DNA of 64,000 nt from Cenarchaeum sp. GTDB taxonomy: Archaea > Thermoproteota > Nitrososphaeria > Nitrososphaerales > Nitrosopumilaceae. Positions 36,777-46,110 of this stretch are shown one piece after another. Made by a program: the position numbers and the translations under genes. The stretch covers positions 1,376,001-1,440,000 of the forward strand of contig CBDESU010000001.1 of assembly GCA_965242695.1 (NCBI GenBank), read 5' to 3'. A model generated the notes under the pieces. It had not been told where the DNA came from and searched no databases. It was given only the letters and a program-made list of their open reading frames with translations. How positions within the stretch are numbered: position 1 is the first letter of the stretch; each line of letters begins with the position of its first letter.

Positions 36777-39251
36777 ATGCGGGACGCCTACAGCCTGTTC
36801 GAGACCGTGTGCTCCAAGGGCACAAGCGAGGAATATGGGCAGTGGGAGGTAAAGCGGGCGGCAAAGCCGTACATAGACTACCTCAAGGAGGTGCAGGAAT
36901 GGCACATGGACAGGTCCGTGTCATGGAAGGTCAGGCGCCCGGGCGAGGGCAGGGGGAGGGGAGCCGGAGGCAGGCCGAATGCGCCAAGCGGGCAGAGGCG
37001 GCAGAAGGGCACTCCCATCAGCCTAGAGGGAGTGGACGATGCCGATCTGCGGCGCATCGTCGACGCCGCACGGACGCTAGGCCACGTGTACGAGTACGAC
37101 CCCGACGACGGTCCAAGGGTGAGCAGGGACGACATGATAGGCGTCACGGGAATCGACGAGGATGAGCTGCTCATCTGGCTTGAGCGCAGCCCCACCAAGC
37201 CCTGCCTCAAGGCGGAGCGGAGCACGTACCAGGAGGCGATGGCCGTCAGGGCGATGGAGGAGATGCTGTACAGGCCGAGCAGGGCCCACATGCCGCTGCG
37301 CAGGCTGTTCCGCAGGAAGAGCGGCGCGGCATGGCCGCGCTTCAAGGGGCGGCGGGTCGACAGGTGGTTCTTCCTGAGCGGCGACGTCGACGGGGCCGAC
37401 GAGCAGAGGCGGTTCGTGCGGATCGCCCTGGGCACGCCGGACTTTGCGTTCCTAGAGGGGCCGCCGGGCTCGGGCAAGACTGCCGTCCTGTGCGAGCTGG
37501 CCGTGCAGATGGCGGTGCGCGGCAAGCGCGTCCTGTTCTGCGCATCGACGAACGTCGCAGTCGACAACCTGATCGAGCGCATGGTCGAAAAGGGCGGCGA
37601 CGTTATGAGGCACGTGGCGCCGGTCAGGATAGGCAGGTCGGACAAGGTCTCGGAGGCGGCGTCCCGCTACGAGTACGGCAGGTTCGCGCGAACCGTCGGG
37701 GAGAAGATGCATGCTGCCATCTCGGGGCGCAAGTCCAGGAGCGGGGCGCAGGAGGCGATGCTCAAGGTGCTGGAAGGAGGGGACGAGGAGGCGCTCGGAG
37801 GCATGGTGCGCGACCACGCCAACCTGGTGTGCGGAACGACCATTGGCATGCTGTCCCATCCGGACATACGGAACAGGACGCTGCGCCGGTTCGACATGAT
37901 GATCCTCGACGAGGCGTCCAAGACGACGCTGCAGGAGTTCCTCGTGCCCGCCGTGCATGCAGACAGGTGGATCATAGCCGGCGACACGCGGCAGCTGGTC
38001 CCGTACACCGACAGTGCCGACATGGCCGTGCACGTGGGCGCATGCATCGAGCCCGAGGAGGGGGAGGCATGCCTTGACGCATTCATGGCCAAGAAGCGCG
38101 GGCAGACGACCGTGCTGGTCGGCATCGGGCCGGCGGCGGAAGCGGCGTACAGGGCGCAGTGCGAAAGGCTTGGCGTGAAGATTCAACGTGGCAGCGCAGG
38201 CGGCATCGAAAGGGGGGAGGTCGTGATCTGGGGCGGGGCGGCAGGGGATGCGCCGAAGAGGCCCGGCGTCGTGCTGAGGGGCGCGGCAGGGGATGCGGCA
38301 GATCCGCGCCGCGGCAGGGGAGGAGGGGGAGAGCGGACATGGTCCGAAGAGGTGGCGTGGCGCATAGGAATCCACTGGCACGGCATGCAGGGCGCAAAGG
38401 GCGGGCGCGGCGAGGGCCTTGGCGAAGAGATCGACATGCTCATGCCAGCGCGCGACGGCGGGGACGAGGTGCGCCAGCAGGTCGACAGGGTCAGGCGGAT
38501 CGCAGTCCCGTCGGTGCTAGAGGTCATTCAGGACGGCTTCCCCGGCGGCCACGTCGACGGCGACACGCTCTTGGAGCACGGCATGCCGTGCGACGACTTT
38601 GGCAGGAGGCATGCGCTGCTCGAGTGGCAGCACAGGATGCACCCCGATATTGCGGCGTTCTCCCACCGGCACGTGTACGGGGGGCTCGCCCTCAGGACTC
38701 CGGACGGCATGGCGGAGAGGCGCGCCTGGATCTACGGCAGGTACAGCCACAGGGCGGTGTGGATCGACGTGAGGGGAAGGGGCTCGGACGGGGCCGGATC
38801 GGTATCGAACGAGGACGAGGCGAGGCTCATGGCCGGCGAGGTCGGGGCGTTTGCGGAGTTTGCCAAGAAGAACCGGCGCCCCGGCGGCGGGCCGTGGGAG
38901 GTCGCCGTGCTGCCGTTCTATGCGGGCCAGCTGAGGCTGCTGCAGAGGCACATGCGCAGGCTCGCGCAGGGCGGCGGGCCGCACACGTTCCGCATCCCGC
39001 CCGAAAGGCCTTGCGTCCTGGTGGGGCTTCACACGGTCGACTCGTTCCAGGGCCACGAGGCGGACTTTGTCCTGATCGGGCTGACCAACTCCCACCCGAC
39101 CCTGTTCCTGGGCAACCCGAACCGCCTCAACGTGGCCCTGACGCGGGCGCGCTACCAGTGCGCGATCTTCGGCGACAGGGCCGCCATGTCCAGGGAGCCG
39201 CTCCTTGCGGACCTTGTGCGCGAGACCCGGCACTGGAAGGGGGTGGCGTAG
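36777..39251 (+). CDS. SF1B (Upf1/DNA2-like) helicase
   Basis: GPPGSGKT, ILDEASK, AGDTRQL, QHRMHPDI, TVDSFQGHEAD, NRLNVALTRAR. Confidence 0.92.
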   Translation: MRDAYSLFETVCSKGTSEEYGQWEVKRAAKPYIDYLKEVQEWHMDRSVSWKVRRPGEGRGRGAGGRPNAPSGQRRQKGTPISLEGVDDADLRRIVDAARTLGHVYEYDPDDGPRVSRDDMIGVTGIDEDELLIWLERSPTKPCLKAERSTYQEAMAVRAMEEMLYRPSRAHMPLRRLFRRKSGAAWPRFKGRRVDRWFFLSGDVDGADEQRRFVRIALGTPDFAFLEGPPGSGKTAVLCELAVQMAVRGKRVLFCASTNVAVDNLIERMVEKGGDVMRHVAPVRIGRSDKVSEAASRYEYGRFARTVGEKMHAAISGRKSRSGAQEAMLKVLEGGDEEALGGMVRDHANLVCGTTIGMLSHPDIRNRTLRRFDMMILDEASKTTLQEFLVPAVHADRWIIAGDTRQLVPYTDSADMAVHVGACIEPEEGEACLDAFMAKKRGQTTVLVGIGPAAEAAYRAQCERLGVKIQRGSAGGIERGEVVIWGGAAGDAPKRPGVVLRGAAGDAADPRRGRGGGGERTWSEEVAWRIGIHWHGMQGAKGGRGEGLGEEIDMLMPARDGGDEVRQQVDRVRRIAVPSVLEVIQDGFPGGHVDGDTLLEHGMPCDDFGRRHALLEWQHRMHPDIAAFSHRHVYGGLALRTPDGMAERRAWIYGRYSHRAVWIDVRGRGSDGAGSVSNEDEARLMAGEVGAFAEFAKKNRRPGGGPWEVAVLPFYAGQLRLLQRHMRRLAQGGGPHTFRIPPERPCVLVGLHTVDSFQGHEADFVLIGLTNSHPTLFLGNPNRLNVALTRARYQCAIFGDRAAMSREPLLADLVRETRHWKGVA

Positions 39252-39272
39252 TCGATCGTCCTCGAGGCCAGC

Positions 39273-40376
39273 GTGCAGGTCGAGTGCCATGTGATCCACG
39301 CCGACATGGCCCTGTCGGCCGACGTGCCGCACAATGTGCCCATCCTGGAGCATCTGAGGGAGCGCGGCGGAGGGGCGACCGCGGCGTCCCTGTCGGAGGA
39401 GCTGTTCCTGATCGAGCCGGTGTGCAGGAGCCTGCTCGCCTTTTGCGGCGAGAACGGGCTGGCGGAGGAGGCCGGAGGGGGGCGCTACGCGATCACGCCC
39501 GAAGGGACGGCCGCGCTCGGGAGCGGCAGGGCATTCACGCGCAGGGAGGGCATGTGGAAGGTGTACGTCGCCAGCCACGGGGCGATCCCCGAGGGTGCCG
39601 AGGTGGTGAGGATCGAAGACGGCTCGACGGAGGCAGGATACATGCCGTGGATGGGGGACAGGCAGCCCGCGGCCAAGAGGCTGGGGCCGGCTGCGCGGGC
39701 CCTGGAGGGGGCCACGCTGCGCCCCGCGCTCGGGACGGCAAGGGAGGCGGTCGTGCGCGACATCCACGGGAACGAGAAGGAGATCGAGGCGGACATGTCG
39801 CTGAGGCTTCGCATCAGGCTGGACGGAGGAGGCGGGGCGGGGGCGACCCTGCTGGCGTCGAGGGACGGGGGAGTGGCGGGGCGGGGGCGCACACCCGGCT
39901 TGCCGGGCGAGGCGGCCCTGCCCTGCGCGCCAGTAACGGAGGACATGGCCATGGAGTCGCTGCTGGACGGCGAGCGCGGCATGGAATGGGACGCCAAAAA
40001 CGGGCGCATTGCGGCGGACTACGACTGCCTGTCCGACGAGGAACGGTCGAGCATGCGAAAGACGATGCGGTTCGAGGACGTCGAGATAGGAGGGATGAGG
40101 TTCGAGGCCGCGCTGGTGACGGCCGGCGTGTTCCCGCAAAACGAGGCGGACGCCAGAAAGTGGGCCCGCCACCTGTTTGCCGACATGGCCGCGGACTATG
40201 TGACGCGCGAGGAGTACGAGCGCCTGGCAGGCTCGATCGAGAAGCGGCTCGAGTACTTTGACGCAGGAATGGGGGACCGCGCCGGCCACGTGCCCAAAGG
40301 TGGCGGCGGGCGCGGAGCCCGGCGCCGCCCGCGCCTGTTCTGGCTTGTGCAGGCGATGGAGGACTGGGACCTGTGA
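39273..40376 (+). CDS. Uncharacterised protein with probable N-terminal winged helix
   Basis: Operonic between helicase and PLD; ...ENGLAEEAGGGRYAITPEG is wHTH-like; start uncertain (frame open from 39252). Confidence 0.75.
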   Translation: MQVECHVIHADMALSADVPHNVPILEHLRERGGGATAASLSEELFLIEPVCRSLLAFCGENGLAEEAGGGRYAITPEGTAALGSGRAFTRREGMWKVYVASHGAIPEGAEVVRIEDGSTEAGYMPWMGDRQPAAKRLGPAARALEGATLRPALGTAREAVVRDIHGNEKEIEADMSLRLRIRLDGGGGAGATLLASRDGGVAGRGRTPGLPGEAALPCAPVTEDMAMESLLDGERGMEWDAKNGRIAADYDCLSDEERSSMRKTMRFEDVEIGGMRFEAALVTAGVFPQNEADARKWARHLFADMAADYVTREEYERLAGSIEKRLEYFDAGMGDRAGHVPKGGGGRGARRRPRLFWLVQAMEDWDL

Positions 40377-41425
40377 CCGGCGCGGGCGCGGGAAGGACCC
40401 CGGGCAGAGAGTTCGAGTGGGCAGGCAATCCGCGGTACAGGACGAGTAGGAAAGATTCGACGAAAAGAGTGACCGGGATCATCGACGGGGCCCGCGAGGT
40501 CCTGGTCGCATCGACCTTTCTGCTGGCCGACGACAGGGTGGCCGATGCCCTGCTCAGGGCGGCGGACAGGGGTGCTAGGTGCTACCTGCTGATGGCCGCA
40601 GAGGCGCGCCTGAGGAGGGACGAGGGGACCGAGTTTGAGCAGAGGGCGCACCGCAACCACGTCGGGACGCTGCGCAGGCTCGGCGACGGGAACGCCGTAC
40701 TGGTCCGCTCGGCCGACGAGTTCCACGCAAAGGCCGTCGTGGCCGACCCCATGTCGGACAGGCCGAGCGGCATTGTAATGACGGCCAACCTTACGCGCGA
40801 GGCGCTCTCCCGCAACCAGGAGCTGTTCGTCGACCTGACCGAGGGCGAGGCGCGGGAGGCAGGGAGGGTCCTGCGCGAGGCGCTCTGGGAGCGGGCCACG
40901 CACGAGCTGGCTGACGGCGACCTGCGCAGCTGCAAGCCGCTCGGCAAGGTCGGGCCCGCGGCCACGGGCAGGGTGCTGCAGGGCGGCTCGAACCCGCAGC
41001 TGCGCGAGAGGCTGTACGGGATGCTCGATGCTGGGCCGAAAAAAGTCGCCGCCTCGAGCTTTGGGTGGGACGAGTCGCACCCCGTCGTCGACCGCCTCTG
41101 CCGGCTGGCCGAGGGAGGGACGGACGTGACGATCCTGGCGCGCGCGGGCAGGCCGGCCGCAATGGGAGCCCTAGAGAGGCTGCGGGTGGCAGGGGCACGG
41201 GTCGCGGGGTTTTCGTGGCTGCACGCAAAGGCCGTGGCGACCGAGTCCGAGGCGGTCGTAATGTCGGCGAACATCGAGCCGCAGGGCCTCGAGAGGGGGT
41301 TCGAGATGGGCATTGCGCTCGGCGGCAGGAGGGCGGCCGACGTCAGGGGCGCGCTGGACAGGTGGGCATCGAACCCGGAGTTTGTGCTGTTCAAGAGGCA
41401 GGGCGGCGCGCGTCCAGCCAAGTGA
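40373..41425 (+). CDS. Double PLD-domain (HKD) nuclease-like protein
   Basis: FHAKAVVAD...MTANLT and LHAKAVATE...MSANI; GTGA overlap with the upstream stop. Confidence 0.88.
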   Translation: MTGAGAGRTPGREFEWAGNPRYRTSRKDSTKRVTGIIDGAREVLVASTFLLADDRVADALLRAADRGARCYLLMAAEARLRRDEGTEFEQRAHRNHVGTLRRLGDGNAVLVRSADEFHAKAVVADPMSDRPSGIVMTANLTREALSRNQELFVDLTEGEAREAGRVLREALWERATHELADGDLRSCKPLGKVGPAATGRVLQGGSNPQLRERLYGMLDAGPKKVAASSFGWDESHPVVDRLCRLAEGGTDVTILARAGRPAAMGALERLRVAGARVAGFSWLHAKAVATESEAVVMSANIEPQGLERGFEMGIALGGRRAADVRGALDRWASNPEFVLFKRQGGARPAK

Positions 41426-41708
41426 TCTGGCCAGGGCGGTCGAAGATGCACGGCGCGGGCGCGGGCGGCGGCATCTAGGGCGGCCTGTTCCTTTGTGCAT
41501 GGGCGCCGCTTCAATGCCCGCCCGCCGCCGCCGCCGCTGCGCCGGGCAGTCGGGGGCCAGCCTGCCGCTTTTTGCATCGCCAAGTATCCAAGCCAGGCGG
41601 CGCCGCAGTCACGACGGCGCAGGATGACGCATTCTGCGCGCGGCATTCGCGCACCTCCGACTCCATGCCCCGCCATCTTTGCATGGCAGGTGCATCGGGC
41701 ACCTGCCA

Positions 41709-42671
41709 TTGAGCCAGCTGCGCGGCGCCGCCTCCATCGCGGCAGTAGTGGCCGTTCTGGCCGCGTGTGCACCACTCCAGGCCGACGAGGTGCACACCCA
41801 ACAGGGCGATCGGGTGCCGGCGTGGGTAAAGCAGGTCTGGGTTCTATGTCGACGAGCAGAGATCCGAGGCGAGTCCCTCGGCGCCCTGGCACACCTCATA
41901 GAGAACGGCATCATGAAGGTATCAGAGCCCGATGAACGCGGCATTGCGGACAGGGGCGACTTTTGCGTAGTGTACGAGGTAAATCCAAACTCGGCGCGCA
42001 TGGAGCGCGGCACGGCCGCGTCATGGCTAGAGGGCACGCGCCTGCTCGACGACAACGTAGAGTGGCTCAACTCCGTCTACAGGCTCCCGCAAGACGTCGA
42101 GGTCAGGGCGGCCGAGTGCGGCACGGTCAACGCGTTCTACAGCCCGGGCGAAAGGGCGATCATCATGTGCTACGAGCTTGTGACGCACCTCCTTGACGCG
42201 GGGTACGAGATGTACGGCGGCGACCCCGACGCGGCCGAGGACTTTGCCTACAACGTCCTTGACGGCGTCATGCTGCACGAGGTCGGGCACGCCCTCGTCG
42301 ACGTGTACGACCTTCCGACGACCGGCATGGAAGAGGACGCCGTCGACCAGTTTAGCGCCATGATCCAGTCGCGCACGTACGACGAGCACGATCCCACCTA
42401 CGACGTGGGGCGGATAATGATGCTCGACGTGAGCGACTGGTGGGACTACGAGTCGCAGTACGGGCCGTCCCGCTACTGGGACGTCCACTCGCTCGACGAG
42501 CAGCGGTTCTACAACATTGCCTGCTACGCGTACGGGTCGGATCCCGTCGGCAACGCCGACCTGGTCGGCATCGACTACCTGCATCCTAGCAGGGCAAAGA
42601 CCTGCCCACAAGAGTACAAGCAGATGTCGTCGAGCTGGGATCGGCTCTTGGACGGGTACCTGGTCGAGTAG
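41709..42671 (+). CDS. DUF4344-like metallopeptidase, copy 3 (compensated frameshift in N-terminal motif)
   Basis: HEVGH and EEDAVD intact; FGFYVDGQISEGEL replaced by its alternative-frame reading WVLCRRAEIRGES. Confidence 0.8.
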   Translation: MSQLRGAASIAAVVAVLAACAPLQADEVHTQQGDRVPAWVKQVWVLCRRAEIRGESLGALAHLIENGIMKVSEPDERGIADRGDFCVVYEVNPNSARMERGTAASWLEGTRLLDDNVEWLNSVYRLPQDVEVRAAECGTVNAFYSPGERAIIMCYELVTHLLDAGYEMYGGDPDAAEDFAYNVLDGVMLHEVGHALVDVYDLPTTGMEEDAVDQFSAMIQSRTYDEHDPTYDVGRIMMLDVSDWWDYESQYGPSRYWDVHSLDEQRFYNIACYAYGSDPVGNADLVGIDYLHPSRAKTCPQEYKQMSSSWDRLLDGYLVE

Positions 42672-42990
42672 GGGCGGCAGTAGCGGACGGGGCCAGGCGC
42701 GCGCATGCGGGCGCATCAGCCTGTCGCGCGGCGCATCCAGGCATTTTGCACGTTTATAGCACTGGCCCGGCGGCCAGCGGGCATGCCTAGGCAGAGCAGG
42801 GGCCCGGCTGAAAGTCCGACAGGCGCAGGCGCCTGCGCGGGTAGGCCGATTGCCGGCGCTCCCGCAGCGCGATCTGCGCTGCCCCGCATCCCGCAGGAAC
42901 GGGGCCGGCGCGAAGGGGGCGCCCGGAGGCACGCCAGATCCCGCATGTGGCCGGCGGCGCCGGCGCGGGGCCGCGTGGGGTGACGGCGGC

Positions 42991-44139
42991 ATGAAGATCG
43001 CGCTGTTCCTAGGGGCAGGCGCATCCACGCCGTACGGCATGCCGACGACGAGTGAGCTGCTGGAGAGGATCCGGCGCGGCGCGGCGGACATTCCGCTCAA
43101 GGGCCTCTTGGACAGCCCCGACGTCTCCGACATCGAGCATGTCCTGGCCGCGCTCAACGATGTGGGGCAGTTTGCGGGGTCGCCCGGCGGCAGGGCCTAC
43201 GCCAAGTCGGCCAAAGACGAATTCCCCAGCTATGCCGCCGCCGCGGCTCAAGCCAAAAGGGCCATAGAAGAGTGCATGTACGCCAGCTACCGGTGGGATC
43301 CAGATCACAACCACACCGCAGAGTCGGTGCTGGGCATGCTTTTCAGGTTCGTCCGGGAGAGCGGGGGCCGTGCCACGGTCTTTACCACCAACTTTGACAC
43401 CGCCGTAGAGGAGTACTGCAAGAGCTCCCCCGAGAACGTCGGCGAGATCATCCGGTACGTCGACGGATTCGCCCCCAACGGGGCGAGAAACATGATCGTG
43501 TGGAAGAACGACTTTTCCGGCGGCGGCGGCGGCGGCGGCGGACAGGAGGTGCTCCTGTACAAGCTGCACGGATCGCTGAGCTGGTCGTCTAGGCGCAACT
43601 CCGACATGTACCTCATCGGCTCCCGCATTCCGGATGCCATAGTCCAAAAGCCCGACACGAGCCCGTCGGACGACACGAGCCGTGACGTGTACATACGGCC
43701 GCTGCTCGACGTCAAGGACGAGGCCACGCGGAAGAGCCCGTACTCCGAGATAAACAGAGCGTTCAGGAAGGCGCTCCCGTCGTTCGACGCGTGCGTTGCG
43801 ATCGGGTACTCGTTCAGGGATCGGCACATGCGCGAAACGTTCCTGCGCTTCGTCGAAAGGGGCAAGAAGCTGATCGTGGTGAGCCCCACCGCCGCGGCCG
43901 ACGTCCACAAAAACATCGTAGGGTGGGATCCCAAGGAAGGCGATCCGGAAGAGTGGGCAGGGCATCCGGTGTGCCACCTCTCGTACAGGGGGCCGCGCGG
44001 CGAGGGGGAGGTCTACGCCGTCCACCGCAAGATCGGCGCGGACGAAATGAACGACGTGCTGAACGCCGTGGAGTCGATCATCAAGGAGGAAGCCTCGCCC
44101 CACCGCATCGAGCCGCTGGCGCTCAACCCCGACTGCTGA
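42991..44139 (+). CDS. SIR2-family (SIR2_2-like) NADase-type protein
   Basis: LFLGAGAS..GMPT, FTTNFD, YKLHGSL, IGYSFRD. Confidence 0.9.
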   Translation: MKIALFLGAGASTPYGMPTTSELLERIRRGAADIPLKGLLDSPDVSDIEHVLAALNDVGQFAGSPGGRAYAKSAKDEFPSYAAAAAQAKRAIEECMYASYRWDPDHNHTAESVLGMLFRFVRESGGRATVFTTNFDTAVEEYCKSSPENVGEIIRYVDGFAPNGARNMIVWKNDFSGGGGGGGGQEVLLYKLHGSLSWSSRRNSDMYLIGSRIPDAIVQKPDTSPSDDTSRDVYIRPLLDVKDEATRKSPYSEINRAFRKALPSFDACVAIGYSFRDRHMRETFLRFVERGKKLIVVSPTAAADVHKNIVGWDPKEGDPEEWAGHPVCHLSYRGPRGEGEVYAVHRKIGADEMNDVLNAVESIIKEEASPHRIEPLALNPDC

Positions 44140-44226
44140 CCGCGGCTCGTCGCGGCCTACGCCAGGCACCGCCCCCCGCCCCCGCACCCCGCTAGCCTTA
44201 CATGGCAGGGGCATCCGGCGCCGGCC

Positions 44227-45192
44227 ATGAGGCGCCTTCATGTCGCCGCCTGCATCGCGGCGGTGGCGGCGGTTGTCGCGGCCGCAATTCCGCTCCTGGC
44301 CGAAGAGGCGCACGCGCAGCAGGAGGGCGATCGGGTGCCGGCGTGGGTAAAGCAGGTGTTCGGGTACTACGTGAACGGGCAGATATCCGAGGACGAGATC
44401 CTCGGCGCCCTAAAGTACCTCATAGAGAACGGCATCATGGAGGTCGCAGAGCCCGAGGATCGCGGCATTGCCGACAGGGGCGACTTTTACGTAGAGTACG
44501 GCCCAAACCCGAGCTCGCCGTACCCCGACTACACGGCGGCCGAGTGGCTCCAGGACATGCGCCTGCTCGACGACAATGCGGGGTGGCTCAACGACAACTA
44601 CAGGCTCCCGTACGACGTCAAGGTCGAGGGCGCCGAGTGCGGCACGGAGAACGCGTTCTACATCCCGGGCAAAAAGGCGATTAGAATGTGCTACGAGCTC
44701 GTCGATGCCGCCTTCAGGGCCGGCGATGCCGTGTACGGCGGCGATCCAGAGGCGGCCGTCGAGTTCGCCTACAACGTCGTAGACGGCATCATGATGCACG
44801 AGGTAGGGCATGCACTCGTCGACGTGTACGACCTTCCGACGACCGGCATGGAGGAGGATGCGGTCGACCAGTTCAGCGCCCTCATACAGTCGCGGACGTA
44901 CGGCGACTACGATCCCTACTACGAGACGGGGCGGAACATGATGCTCGACATGGCCGGATGGTGGGACTACATGTCGCAGTATACGGAGGCCCCATACAGG
45001 GCTGTCCACTCGCTCAACGAGTAGAGGTTCTACAACCTTGCATGCTACGTGTACGGGGCCGACCCAGAGTACAACCGGGACCTGCTTGGCTTCGACTACC
45101 TCCCCCAGTCGAGGGCAAAGACCTGCCCCGGCGAGTACGAGCGGATGTCGTCGAGCTGGGACAGGCTCTTGGACGGGTACCTGGTCGGGTAG
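44227..45192 (+). pseudogene. DUF4344-like metallopeptidase, copy 4, with premature TAG
   Basis: CAG->TAG at 45022-45024 versus copy 1; the frame continues to the usual end; promoter region shared with copy 1. Confidence 0.85.
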
Positions 45193-45297
45193 GGGCGGCG
45201 GCCGACAGGACCGGCGCAGGTGGTCCCACTTTGCAAGGAAAGATATGCGCGCGGCGATCTTCGGGCGGCGGCCGACAGGACCGGCGCAGGTGGTCCC
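45193..45297. repeat. 35-bp perfect direct repeat (45193-45227, 45263-45297) with 35-bp spacer
   Basis: gggcggcggccgacaggaccggcgcaggtggtccc twice; spacer actttgcaaggaaagatatgcgcgcggcgatcttc. Confidence 0.9.
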
Positions 45298-45634
45298 GCC
45301 CCAAGGCCACAACGCTGGCTAGCATACCAGAGCTCCTGCCGCGGCTCCCTCCTGCACAGCCGCCGAGGTTGGAGTCTGAGGCGCCGCGGCGGATCGGGCG
45401 GCGGCCCCTTGCACAGGCGGCGCCCTGAGGCGCCGCGGAACCCTCTTGTGTCGGGCCGACGGCGCGAGTGGCCACCCTGCACAGGCGGCGCCCGCAGGCA
45501 TGCACGGGCGGCAGGCGGCACAGATCGCGCGGTGGCCCCGATCGGGGCCTACGAGGGCGCCAAAGCCGCGAAGTCGGCCCAAATCTCCTTAAAAGGGAGT
45601 AGGTTTATATCCCCACCGTGGCCGCTCGCCCGGC

Positions 45635-45850
45635 ATGGCAGAAGCATTGTGGACAGCCGAAGACACAAAAATCTGCGAGGAGGGCATCGCCAGCGGCCAA
45701 GCGGTGCACAGGGCAACCGGCAAGCCGGTGACCTTTGAGGACCTTCAAAAGTTGCATACGGAGTACGGCAAGGTAAGGGACACGGTAGACGGCGAGGCCT
45801 TTTTCAAGGAAAAGGTGCGCAGCGTGCCATTCGGGTCCGTTGCCCTATAG
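45635..45850 (+). CDS. Putative antitoxin (71 aa)
   Basis: TTTATAT box at 45604-45610; small ORF overlapping a toxin-like ORF; G..VTFEDL resembles RelB-type C-termini. Confidence 0.5.
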   Translation: MAEALWTAEDTKICEEGIASGQAVHRATGKPVTFEDLQKLHTEYGKVRDTVDGEAFFKEKVRSVPFGSVAL

Positions 45851-46067
45851 GACATCCGATGCCTTCGACAAGGCATACCTGCTAACTTTTTATAACCGCC
45901 GCCTCCTTATCGACAGCTGCATCAAGGCCCTAGAGGAGGGCAGGGCCTGCATAGTCGAGTGCGGCACCGGGGACGATCTGCGCTATGCGGAGTACGGCAT
46001 ATGCCGCGTGTACTTTAGGGGCGATATGCTCGTCAGCGCAAAGTTCATAGTGCGTGGATCGTCCTAG
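45840..46067 (+). CDS. Putative RelE-like toxin (75 aa)
   Basis: YRTSDAFDKAY at the N-terminus and LRY...CRVYF; overlapping bicistron. Confidence 0.45.
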   Translation: MPYRTSDAFDKAYLLTFYNRRLLIDSCIKALEEGRACIVECGTGDDLRYAEYGICRVYFRGDMLVSAKFIVRGSS

Positions 46068-46110
46068 CCAAGCGGCGGGGGACTCCCCGGCAGGACTAGT
46101 GCACTCACTC

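Noticed and set aside
38159-40289. 700-aa and 590-aa overlapping ORFs
   Set aside because: Alternative-frame and antisense shadows of the helicase operon, with low-complexity composition.
3736-45297. Calling the repeat-spacer-repeat units true CRISPR arrays
   Set aside because: Only two repeats each, sequences unrelated between loci, and no leader or cas genes; reported as repeats and as a mechanistic hypothesis instead.
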